A stretch of 64,000 bases of DNA from the human T2T-CHM13v2.0 reference genome, Homo sapiens, in assembly GCF_009914755.1 (NCBI RefSeq), contig NC_060933.1; one strand, 5' to 3'. A model generated the notes under the pieces. That model did not search any database. It had not been told where the DNA came from and saw only the letters and a list, made by a program, of their open reading frames with translations. Both the position numbers and the translations under genes were made by a program. Positions within the stretch are counted from its first letter, which is position 1; each line of letters opens with the position of its first letter. Shown piece by piece: positions 53,162 through 64,000 of this stretch.

Positions 53162-55097
53162 CTGTAATGTGACAATACATAATCCCACAAGGGAATATCA
53201 CTAAGGATTTATGATACACATGAGAGCTTGGAAATGCCCTTTTAGACGAAATATAGTTCTAGCATCTGTGTCCCTCTTTGGCTCCTCAGTTTATAGATCT
53301 CTGATTTCATATTGCCACACCATGGGGTACATATTAGATTGTAAATATTAATTGAGTAAATAAATGAAGGAATATTGTGAAGAATATATTTTTCCAAGCC
53401 TATAAGAAAATTGTTTTAATACCATAATAGAAATAGGGTCTTTTTCAGTGGCCAACTACATTAGATATGGTATATTAGAGTTAGATAAAAATTTAAAGAA
53501 AGAAAAAAGTAGTCAAGTACCAACTAATGTTTAACCTGACTGAAGTCCAAGCCAAAAATTCTGAGGCAGTAGAAATGCATTTATTTTGTTAAAAATATCT
53601 TAGGGTGATTCCTAAGTGTATATCAGAATTTCTCCAAGGACATATGCAATCCACAGTACAGAAATTGATAGAAATAGAGAATGACTTCTTTATTCAAAGA
53701 ACCACTAAGAAGGGAATGGTGCACTAAGCTGTCAGAAAAATACTTCTGATTTCTGGTGTGTAGTCAAGTTTGTATAATCAGTATTAAATGTCACAGTGTA
53801 GACTATGGTTATCAGGTAGTAGCATACCATAAAGGTTAAAACACAATGGCCTTGCTTATATCTTGATGTACTTTATTGAGATAATAGAGCATTTTTGGAG
53901 CTACAAATATTTATTTAACAATACACTGTGCTTCTTTTTGAAAACAAAAGTTTTTAGCTAACTCAGTGTAACAATAGCTATGTAATGTAGTTTTTAAAAT
54001 CCTCATGCTTGTGTCACAAGATGGACATACTACTTCTGTTTGTATCCTCCTAACAGAATTTCATTCTTGAGAAATTCATTTAATGGCTGTGGGTTTCTGT
54101 TTCTTCAGGTGTAAATGAAAGCTCTGCCCACCAGTTAACCTCCAAAGTTCTGTCCAACTCTGATATTTAATGCTCCCATTACAGGGAAAACATGGAACAA
54201 AATTAGACGGCAGGTAAGCCATATGAAAACTGGATCATTTCAGACAGAAATCCAATTTGAACTGTTTATTAATAACTTTTGTATGTGACATTGGGGAGAA
54301 ATGAAAACAGATTGACTTGCTAGGAATTCCTTCTGAGGACAAGGGTTATAGCTAACAAGTGACTGAATCCTTTGGCAGTTGGACACTAACCAGAAGTGCT
54401 ATGACAACAGGAGGCTGTCTCTAAATATAGTGCCCCAAAAACGACATTCTCCAAATAGTTTCCTGCAACCATTAGTGCATATAAATTCTTCGAGTTAAAA
54501 AAGGAGAATTTGGTTTGAGCTAGTATGATCTAAATTGATATTTAAATTAGAAGACAAGTATGGCTTTGGCCAAAATGCAGACAATTTTAAAAAGACACCA
54601 AATGTCCTGAATATTGGGCTTGCATTCACCACCTTTCACAAACTTTGTCTTTAGATATTGCTCATAGTTACAAATGTCTAGTAGCTTAAGGAATAATGGA
54701 ACTTAATTTTCTTTTTCATTCCTCCTATTGTGTGGTGAGTTTTGACATAAAGAAAAGCTATTCCATTTAAATATTTTAAAATAACTTAGAAGCTACATTT
54801 ACATTTTTCTGTAACTCCATTTATTTTCTGACACCTCTCCTTCTAAAATCCCTTTTGTCCTTAGGACATTCAGGATCTAGACAGCAGCAATGGAAATGTG
54901 CCCTCAGGAATAATGACGGTGGAATAGATGGTATGGGTGTATTGTAGTGACTAGGGATGGAGCCACAAAGCATTGAACAGTTCTACCTAGAAAATTTACA
55001 TATATCATGTAACTAGGTATTGCATACATATTTCTGAGTTTATGGTACAGTTAAGTAGAAGGGCTTGGAAATCAGGGCACTAGTTTTCACATTTCAA

Positions 55098-55350
55098 TAG
55101 GGCTGCTATGTATGTTTGTGCAAACTCTTGTCTTCACAAGGATAGCACATCTAAAAGGACACTGTATTACAGTGATTATAGATTCCCAAATTACAGCAAA
55201 ACCTTCCTGTAGGTGGCAGCGAAGTATCTTTTTTCTTTTTACAAAAAAACTTTAAATTCTGATAATTTTTCTGAAAGAAGTTTCTTAACTAAAGGAAACT
55301 TGTTCTTTTCTTATTTATAAAAAGATACCATATGGGCTAGAGAGGTCCAG
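55098..55350 (+). mobile_element. MER91-like hAT-Tip100 element
   Basis: Ends 'tagggctgctatgta' and 'ccatatgggctagagaggtccag' resemble MER91 termini. Confidence 0.65.
55206..55219 (+). promoter_or_regulatory. CTCF-like motif within the MER91-like element
   Basis: CCTGTAGGTGGCAG, 13/14 to consensus. Confidence 0.4.
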
Positions 55351-57084
55351 CATCTGAGATGTGCTATTTTCAAGATCTAAACCTTTAGATAGTTTAACTT
55401 CTTTGAAACTTAATTTCAGCCTTGGTCAATAAGTAAATAAATTGAGAGGGATGAGAGAGAGAAAAAGAGAGAGAGAGAATTGATGTACTTATAAATTTAT
55501 TTGAAGATTAAATCATACTACCTACACACATTTAGTACTCCATAACTGGTATTATAATCAGGTGTTGATCATAGATAGTGTTATATTTAGTATCATTTTG
55601 GGGAAATGAAGGGAAGTTCGATTACATTATTGGGATAGACTACCAAAAAAGGGGCCAGTATCCATTCCCTCTCTTTCAAGGTCAAATAGAGGTAGAAATT
55701 GCTAGAAACTAGGTTAAGTTCACCTGTCCCAGAATTGCAGGAGAGAATTCTTAGAAGCATTTAACTAAATGGTCACGTTAACAAATCAGAGAAATGCAGC
55801 ATAGAGGCAGGAAATGGTGGAGCCAAAAGTGAAGCATGCCTCAGAAATACATTTGTGATGCCCCAAGTGGAGAAAAATCCCTGAGGGACATGAAATGAAA
55901 GAAGAGAAACTCAAAATCAATATGGCACAAGGGGTTTGAGAGCCAGTGTAACTTGGGATAATTCTGAATGAGTGACTCATTTCCTCTTTCAGGCTACAGT
56001 GTTAAATACATTTATAAGCATTTGACAAATTTTCAGGTATCTTGTCCCTTTCAGTTGGACCTTAGTGACCCTGTACTAATGTTTAGCACAGGATTGCTGG
56101 AGACACCTAATCTTCTGAGAAAGTTTTTACAACAATGCCATCTGGACAGATAGTAACCATAGAAAATGAATATTACAAAACAGTCATTTCAAAAAATAAT
56201 TTTTGTAGAGGATCTCAGGTTAAACATATGAACAGGCCTTAATCCAGCCATTGCTTTCATTTGCATATTTAGTTTTATTTGGGAAATGTCACATGTTCAG
56301 CTCATTAACAAATGCATGACACAGCTACACAATCCTGCACATTACTTCCTTTCTTTGATGCCCCTATTATTTGCCCCCAAGGACAATGCAAGAGAAAAGT
56401 AGCCAATTTGCTCATTAAAAGAGAACTCAGTTGAAAATGACAACTAATTTCAGCCATTTGAGAAATGACTGGATCTCAGTATGTATAGTATCTTGGTAAA
56501 TCAAGACAAAGCCATTAAAATTATTGTATAAAATTAATTTGAGCAACAAGTCTTTAGACAAATTCATTGCATTAGCCTCTAGGTACTTCTATAATCTAAT
56601 ATCGAAAGTCATAGTAGATAAAGATATGAGTTTTAAAGCCTATAAAATTCACTCTTGTATATCATACACCTACCTAATTGATTAAAAGATACATATATTG
56701 CACCTGGCATATGCCTAGAAAGTAAATTATTCTTATGGCTGGCAATAATAGGACTAATCATGTGAGAACAGAAGGCCAGGTAGTAGAGAAAGTAAAGTAC
56801 TCTTATTGTTAAAAAATTATAGGTCTAATACTTTTAGAGATGAGAAAAGCCAACCCAAATTAGAGTTGTTGGCCAGATCACCATGACTTTCTCTGCTCTT
56901 CTTTGAGTACACAAACTATACAAAGTTTGGTACAATCAGAATCTAAATGTAATGCGAGAACATATCAGTGGGATATGGTAAAGAATAATCCAATTATTTT
57001 GCCCTGGATACCTCCCTCATGGCATGTCCAAAGGCCAGCCATAGAAGGAGAGTGAGAGAAAGGAAGTAGCAGAGGGCTACCTCT

Positions 57085-57098
57085 CCACCAGGTGGCAA
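57085..57098 (+). promoter_or_regulatory. CTCF-like motif
   Basis: CCACCAGGTGGCAA, 13/14 to consensus. Confidence 0.45.
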
Positions 57099-57212
57099 AG
57101 ACCCCTGATTCATCATGTTTATAGCCTAGTTATAGCTGATCTCGAGGTTAATGTCTCATGCAGTATCATCTTTAAGTCTTATAAACTTGATCTTTTCGAT
57201 TAGTAAAAAAAC

Positions 57213-57303
57213 AACATAAACATAAAACATAAACATAAACATAAAACATGAACATAAACATACAACATAAACATAAACATAAAACATAAACATAAAAAAA
57301 AAA
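57213..57303 (+). repeat. (CATAAA/CATAAAA)n tandem array, 13 units
   Basis: Direct reading. Confidence 0.95.
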
Positions 57304-57439
57304 CAACAAACCCTGAGTTGAGTTATAAACAAACTGAACAATATATACCATCTGGTGCCTTTATCACAAATCCATTTTCCTTACTTATTTTTCCAAAATA
57401 ATCTTCCATCAAAATTTGGAATTTTAGAAGAACAAAAAC

Positions 57440-57650
57440 GACAATGATCCAGGGCCAGCCCTGACTCTCGGCACCACTAGTTTAGTTGTGTAACTTAAAT
57501 AAATTTCTTTGCTTCTCTATGTACAAGTTTCCTCATTTGTAGATGGGAATAATCATAGAGCCTAACATATGATCTAAGTTTAAGATAAGCATATAAACTG
57601 ATTAGCTGAGTGTCTGATATAGAATATTCAATAAATACTGGCTAATGTCA
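57440..57650 (+). mobile_element. MIR
   Basis: 'agtttcctcatttgtagatgggaataat...attcaataaatactggcta'. Confidence 0.75.
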
Positions 57651-57923
57651 TGATTGTATTCGAGGGTTAACTTTCCTGATTCTTGTATAACTACTGCTAT
57701 CTGAGTTCTATCCCTACAGTAAAGAAATCCTCATGATTCAATTAATATATGCTCTTTTGTGATATTTCTGTACTCTATGTAGATCTTACCTCAAGTGTCA
57801 AAGAATCACCTACATAGTGGAGTTACATGAAAACTAAATCCTTCCCCAAGGAGATTCTGAGGAGATTCTGGCAACTGGCCCACAGGCTGAGTGCATTAGG
57901 GATACTTTAAAAGAGTGCTTTGA

Positions 57924-58219
57924 GGCCGGGCTCGGTGGCTCATGCCTGTAATCTCAGCACTTTGGGAGGGTGAGGCGGGCGGATCATGAGGTCGGGAGAT
58001 CGAGACCATCGTGGCTAACGAGGGAGAAAACCCTGTCTCTATTAAAAATACAAAAAATTGGCCGGGTGTGGTGGCGGGCGCCTATAGTCCCAGCTACTCG
58101 GGAGGCTGAGGCAGGAGAATGGCGTGAACTTGGGAGGTGGAGCGAAGAGCCGAGATAGCGCCACTGCACTCCAGCCTGGGCGACAGAGCGAGACTCTGTC
58201 TCAAAAAACAAAACAAAAC
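57924..58219 (+). mobile_element. AluY
   Basis: 'gagatcgagaccatc...gctaac', 'gaatggcgtgaac'; 15-bp TSD aaaag(a/g)gtgctttga. Confidence 0.97.
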
Positions 58220-58804
58220 AAAAGGGTGCTTTGATCAACTTGTGGCCTCTAGGAACAAATATGAAGAAAGTTATTAAAAAATAATGTTTGAGAAAATAAT
58301 TATAACATACTTTTCATCTTCCAGATTTTGTTTCATTAGTATAGGGTAGACATATGATAGTCTATGCCTGTCCTTAATAAGAAAATACAGGCTTCCACAG
58401 CTTTCTGGGAGACTGCTGTACAAACAAAGTGGTTCAGGAGGTCCTGGAGGTGAGCTTGAGGTCAGTAGAGGGAGAGGCTCAGATTTGCTGCATTGCCTCC
58501 CTCCAAAATCAGACAACTTCTGGCTTCATCTAATTTGCACATAGTAATAAGATTCTAAGTAAGATTCCACTGCAGAACAGGAAAGAAAGAACTCATGTGT
58601 GTGCCTATGTGTGTGTGTGTTGCTGCTCCAAAAAGTTCTATCTCCTGATCTAGGTTTTACATTTTCCTCACTTAGAATATAAACACAACACCATAAATTT
58701 TCAAATCACATTAAACTTTACTACTGATTCGAAGATAATGATTTTTACGCCAATCCGTAAGTTTGAATGTATATAAACTTACATCTTATCTTCATGTGTG
58801 GTAA

Positions 58805-59120
<316 letters not shown>

Positions 59121-60406
59121 CCATGTATGGTAAAAGTTTTTAACGGAACTCTGCCTCAATCCTCACTTCTCTTTGGATAATCAATCATAATTCTTACTGT
59201 TCTCCAATTCATCCCTCCACTCTTGTCAGTAGTAAGAACATATTAACAAGTGTAGTTCAAGGGCATATGATCATCCACATATAGCAGAGCTTAACTGAAA
59301 AAATATTGAATGTAGAAAATGAGGAAAAAATCAGATATCACCTTCATTAAAACAGACATGCTTTTTAATTACGTTAGACATAACAGTTTGGTGATTTAGG
59401 AAACAGAACAGAAATGCATGACCCTTTAGGCCCTAGACCTGCTACTAGCTCATAAGACTTGGTCAACTGTAATAGTCATTCATCCCTGAATGATTTCTTG
59501 GTCTTTCTTCTTTACCTACTGTAATCTTTCTTCCTACTAGATCTGCATGTTCACAGTATCACTTTTATCATTTCACTGATAAAACTTTCGGAATACTATT
59601 TAAACTCCTTTGCTGGAGGTTGGTCATTTATATCTTACTCAAGCTACTTTCACGTGTCTACTCAACCTTCATTATGTGTTCAAAACTATTTATTAGGTAC
59701 CTAGGTACTATATGCTAGACACTATGCTAGCTTATGAGCATACAGTGCAAAACAGAAAAAAAAAAAAAAGCCTTTCCTCTGAGCGACAGTTAAAATGTCA
59801 AGCTTTCAGAACACTATAAGGGATCTAAGTGGCGTAGTCACTAAGTGTGGGTAATCTGCCATGAGTAGTCCTGAATTGATACTTTCATCATTAATACCAG
59901 TGCCCTTTTCTAGAAATATTTGTTATCCTCATTTATATAAATTCTTATCTTTTAACTAGTAAGAATTCCACCCTATTCACAGTCCTCGTACTGACATATA
60001 GTTCATCCTAAATCTTCAGTTTTTAAAATCCTGGATCTCAGTCCCTTATGATGCTATGGTAATACTATGAGAATGATACTACATTCTGTACTTAATATAA
60101 TTTTTATTGTTAAATATATGTTTAGTACAATAAACCATTATATATACATAACTGCTGAAAGATTCAAATAAATCAGGAGATCTAGCTTGAAAAGCCTAGA
60201 TTTTTTTTGATTGTTTTTGTTTACCATTGTCTCCAGTAGAAGTTTCCTTCCAAAATTACCTAAGGAGTTTTAACAATAAAGAGTAATGTAGTTAAATTTA
60301 CTAGTAATCAATTACCTGAGGTTGAAATTTTTCTAGATTCTCAGAAACACAGTTGACAGGATGAGAAGTAGATGAAGTAGGAGAAAAATATTTAAATACA
60401 TAAACA

Positions 60407-60408
<2 letters not shown>

Positions 60409-60438
<30 letters not shown>
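60409..60438. repeat. (CA)n
   Basis: Direct reading. Confidence 0.95.
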
Positions 60439-60440
<2 letters not shown>

Positions 60441-60549
60441 GAGACATATATTCTAAGATGCCTAAAAGCATAGACCATCTCCACCAAATTCAGAATGATT
60501 AGAGTAATAAAGATGAGTTCAGAATAATTAAACAATATAAATAAATGTT

Positions 60550-61034
60550 TGTGATTCTCAAAGTCTATTGTGTGTAAGAAACACACGAAGATCCTGTTAC
60601 TGGGCTCCACTCCCAGAGTCTCTGATTCAGTAAGTCTAGGATAAAACCTCAAATTTGCATATTTTTTTGAGACAGGCTCTTACTCTGTCACATAGGCTGG
60701 AGTGCTGTGGCACAATCAGATCATATAGCTTGCTGCTGCCCCAACCTCCTAGATTCAAGTGTTCCCCCATCTCAGCCTCCTGAGTAGCTAGGACTACAGG
60801 CATGCACCACAACACATGGCAATTTTTTTTTTTTTATTTTCTGTAGAGATGAGGTTCCACTTTGTTGTCCAGGCTGGTCTTGAACTCCTGGGCTCAAGCT
60901 GTCCTCTCTCCTAGGCCTCCCAAGGTGCTAAGATTACAAGTGTGAGCCACATGCACCAGGCCAAATTTGAATTTTTAAAAAGTTCCCAGGTGTGCTAATG
61001 CCAGTGGTTCAGGAATCACATTTGAGAACCACTG
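60550..61034. mobile_element. MER5A interrupted by AluJ
   Basis: 'cccagagtctctgattcagtaagtct...aaatttgcat' resumes as 'aagttcccaggtg...tttgagaaccactg'. Confidence 0.8.
60662..60962 (-). mobile_element. AluJ
   Basis: J-type body; TSD-like aaatttg(c/a)at. Confidence 0.92.
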
Positions 61035-62164
61035 GTCTAGAAAGAAACAAATTCTATATGTAAACCAGCACATTCATCTAGCAGTTTTGCTTCATTTATG
61101 ATACTCTAATTTTCCCAAGCAAATCTGTAAACTCCTTGAAGTCTTCGTATCTCCAAGAACAGCAATCTCTCCTTACACTAAGTGAATATTCTAATGAGTA
61201 AATAACAAATGAAAAGAAACATCTGAAAATGAGTAAAAACAAGTCAACAATAATGATTAAAGTTTTCCAGGGACTTAAATAAATATTTGAGTGGGAAATG
61301 GTGGTTAGTTTAGATGTTAACTCTAAGCATAATGTAGATACCAAAAATTATTTTTCAGTTGTATCATTTGCTACATATTGAAATCATGATATTTAGAAAA
61401 ATAAGGCTGGCTCTCACCTTTCACAGTTAATGGATGAGATGAGGTGAAAGGCAGCCAGCATTCTATTCATGCTTTGCTTTATGGAAATGTCCAAATCTCA
61501 CCTAATATCCAAAAGCTACAGTTGCTCTTGTGAAGCCAGAAAGTGGCTGAGAAGAGAATGGAGTCTCAAACTATGGTTCATTTAAGACTAGGCATTTTAA
61601 TTTTTTTACTTTGCTACTTAAACAAAAAGTTGGATGTAATCCCAATTGAATTTTAGACTCCATAGATGTGCAAAATTTAGACTGAGCTAGTAATAGACCA
61701 TACATATGTAACAAGTTCTGCTATTTTATACTAAAATTGTTGAATCCTTTGTAATACTCTGAAGTAAAATGACTATCATATGAAAACTCATCCTCATTAA
61801 ATTTTGAAAAAACCTGTTTAACACGTACTGAAGGTCAGGACTACAATTTTAAAAATGACTCGAAAGGTTTTTTAAGTGAACATCTTGAAATTTTCTAGAA
61901 CAAGGATTAGCATTCTATTGCATTTATCATGTAATACAAACTATTTTAGAACTATTTTATCATCTGAAATTCCTGAGCTTATCTTTCATGATTATAAAAT
62001 TCCAAAAATATTGGGGGCCTAAGTAGTTAAAATAATAAAAAAAAAAAAGGTGCAAAGTAAGCCTTTGATGAAAGCCTGTAGGAATCAGCTAATTTTCCAA
62101 TAGATAATTTTAGGCTTATGAAGAAATGCTAGATGAAACAATGAAAGCAGTCATGGAAAGATCA

Positions 62165-62370
62165 TGACTTTCTACTCTGGTAGAACTGGGTTTGAATCCA
62201 GACTCTGCCACCTAATAGCTCCATGATATAGAGAATTTACTTAATATCCTTTGCTCTCTAAAATGGGAATGATAACAATAACCTTATAGGATTAGGCAGT
62301 AACTTAATTGACATAGCACAGTGTCTGACTCATAACGGATATGGAAATGCTTTTTGAGAATGAATGTTAA
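62165..62370 (+). mobile_element. MIR
   Basis: 'ctgggtttgaatccagactctgccacc...ctaaaatgggaatgataa'. Confidence 0.75.
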
Positions 62371-62651
62371 TTGTTCAATACAGAACTTTGTATGTGGACT
62401 ATGACTAAAATAGGTTTGTCTGAAAAGAAACAAGGATACTTTTTCACTCCAGATAAGTCACTTAGACAAGATAAGCCTTCAGTCTTCTAATCTATAAAAT
62501 GTCGAGGTTGAGTTAGATGATTTCCCAGGGTACTTATTTTATTATTCTATTATATTCTAAACTGCTGCTCTAAGAAATTTCCAATTTAAATGATATTAAG
62601 ATTATGTAGCAGATAAATTACCCTAATGTTAGCTATGAAATATCTGAAGGC

Positions 62652-62812
62652 TGTGGCTCTCAACCCTGGCTGTACATTAGAATCAACTGAGCAGCTTTAA
62701 AAAATACTCACATCCCCCAACTTACATAGAATATTAAAGAAGTACAGCTTTCACACTGATTTTTTTTAAGTTGCATGGTGATTCTGATTGTAGTTAGGAT
62801 TTAGAACCATCA
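62652..62812. mobile_element. MER5-family element
   Basis: 'ctctcaaccctggctgtacattagaatca...ggtgattctgat...ttagaacca'. Confidence 0.75.
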
Positions 62813-62959
62813 GCTTCAAAGACAGCCATAAATATGCCAGCTGTAAGAGAAGTTAAGATCAGAAGTAGCAAGAATCCCATTCTGTTTCCCAGGCAAAGCA
62901 TACCCTGATACACGTGTACCTCAAAGAAACCTTCCTTGAAGTCCCTCACCAAAACTCTA

Positions 62960-63510
62960 TTCTCTCATTTCTATCTGTCTATCACATAGCACCTTCAAAC
63001 TCAATTTGTTCATAATCAAATTCATTTTTTCATTAATATCTGTTCTTTTGCATGATTTTCATTTCTGTTAAGAAAACCTCCATTTTCCAATTTTTCAAGT
63101 TCTATTATTCTCCAGCTTGAAATTTAAGACTTTCTCTTCTACCATAATTCCTCAAAACCTGCCTGCATATGTACACACACACACACACACACACAAACAC
63201 AACTACTCAACCAATTAATTTATATTTTACATTTAAAATTATTTTTCTGGTAAAGCTTCCTCTGAATTTCCCAAAACTAGGACACATGTCCTGATGTATG
63301 TGCTTATAGCTCCTGGTCCTTTCATCCATAAGAAATATGAATTCAGTGTTAGGTTTATTTCTATGATCTATTGTTTAACATATATCTTCACCATTAGAAT
63401 GTGAAGTCCATAAAGGCAAAGACAATGTTTTTGCTATTTATCCCTAGAAATAAGACGAGGTCCTCAACACGATAAGAATTCAATAAATATTTGTTGAGTA
63501 AGTTAACTAA
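62960..63510 (+). mobile_element. L2 fragments, with (CA)n at 63173-63200
   Basis: 'cattagaatgtgaagtccataaaggcaaagac...caataaatatttgttgagtaa'. Confidence 0.65.
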
Positions 63511-63519
63511 AGATTAAAT

Positions 63520-63620
63520 TGTCTCTTTGTTATTGTTATTTGCACTTATTTAGTTATTGGTAAGTCTGAGCATCTTTTATTATGTCTATTGGTCTTGTGC
63601 ATTTCTTCTGCGAATTAGTT
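63520..63620 (-). mobile_element. Old L1M fragment
   Basis: 'tgagcatcttttattatgtctattggtc...atttcttctgcgaatt'. Confidence 0.5.
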
Positions 63621-64000
63621 TCACTATGGTATAATCATCCAGACTCATTCAAGTCCAGTAATCTATTCATCAGTAAACAGAGATCAGGTCTCCATTGATA
63701 TAGGTGAAATTCTAACTGTCTCTTTGGTATCAAAATTTACAGTTCATCATCAAGAACTGCCATATAGGATAAAAACTTTCATCTGATTGACCTAATATCT
63801 TTAGGTTTGTGTATTTTCTGAAGTAAAGTCCTTTCAATCCTTATGCTTTGCAACACTACAGAATTTTATGTGTGCAGATCTTTTAGTTATCTGCCATTCT
63901 GAAACTGGTTAGGGTCAGTGTGACTAGAATTCACAAGTCCTATATGTTGCACCATGAGGAAATTGGGTCTGGTTCTAGGGCACAGGATGGACTCCTATTC

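Noticed and set aside
54185-54219. + strand 29-nt ag...CAG|gtaagc unit
   Set aside because: Weak acceptor, frame-shifting length and opposite to the inferred host strand; expected by chance in 64 kb

Overview
This is AT-rich, CpG-depleted primate (human-like) genomic DNA, based on AluJ/S/Y, L1PA, THE1/MST/MLT1 MaLR, MER39, Tigger, hAT, MIR and L2 relics. I cannot support any intact protein-coding gene, RNA gene, CpG island or CRISPR-like array. The supplied ORFs are repeat-derived (Alu, L1 ORF2 C-terminus, THE1-int), low-complexity or chance. All 8 confidently oriented LTR elements, and most L1 sequence, lie on the + strand, which suggests the window is intronic to a long transcription unit on the - strand. 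A few small - strand splice-bounded candidates exist; the best is an 18-nt microexon-like unit at 53144-53161. The most distinctive structures are: a 44-bp inverted, locally templated segment fused to the 5' end of a truncated Alu; a ~135-bp dispersed direct duplication; a close inverted AluY pair; a multi-level nested transposon stack around a full-length THE1 provirus; same-orientation CTCF-like motifs, one beside a (CATAAA)n forkhead-motif array; and a 14-bp CRE palindrome. I could not demonstrate a new biological system or name the locus. Repeat subfamily names come from recalled consensus sequences, and boundaries of old repeats are approximate.
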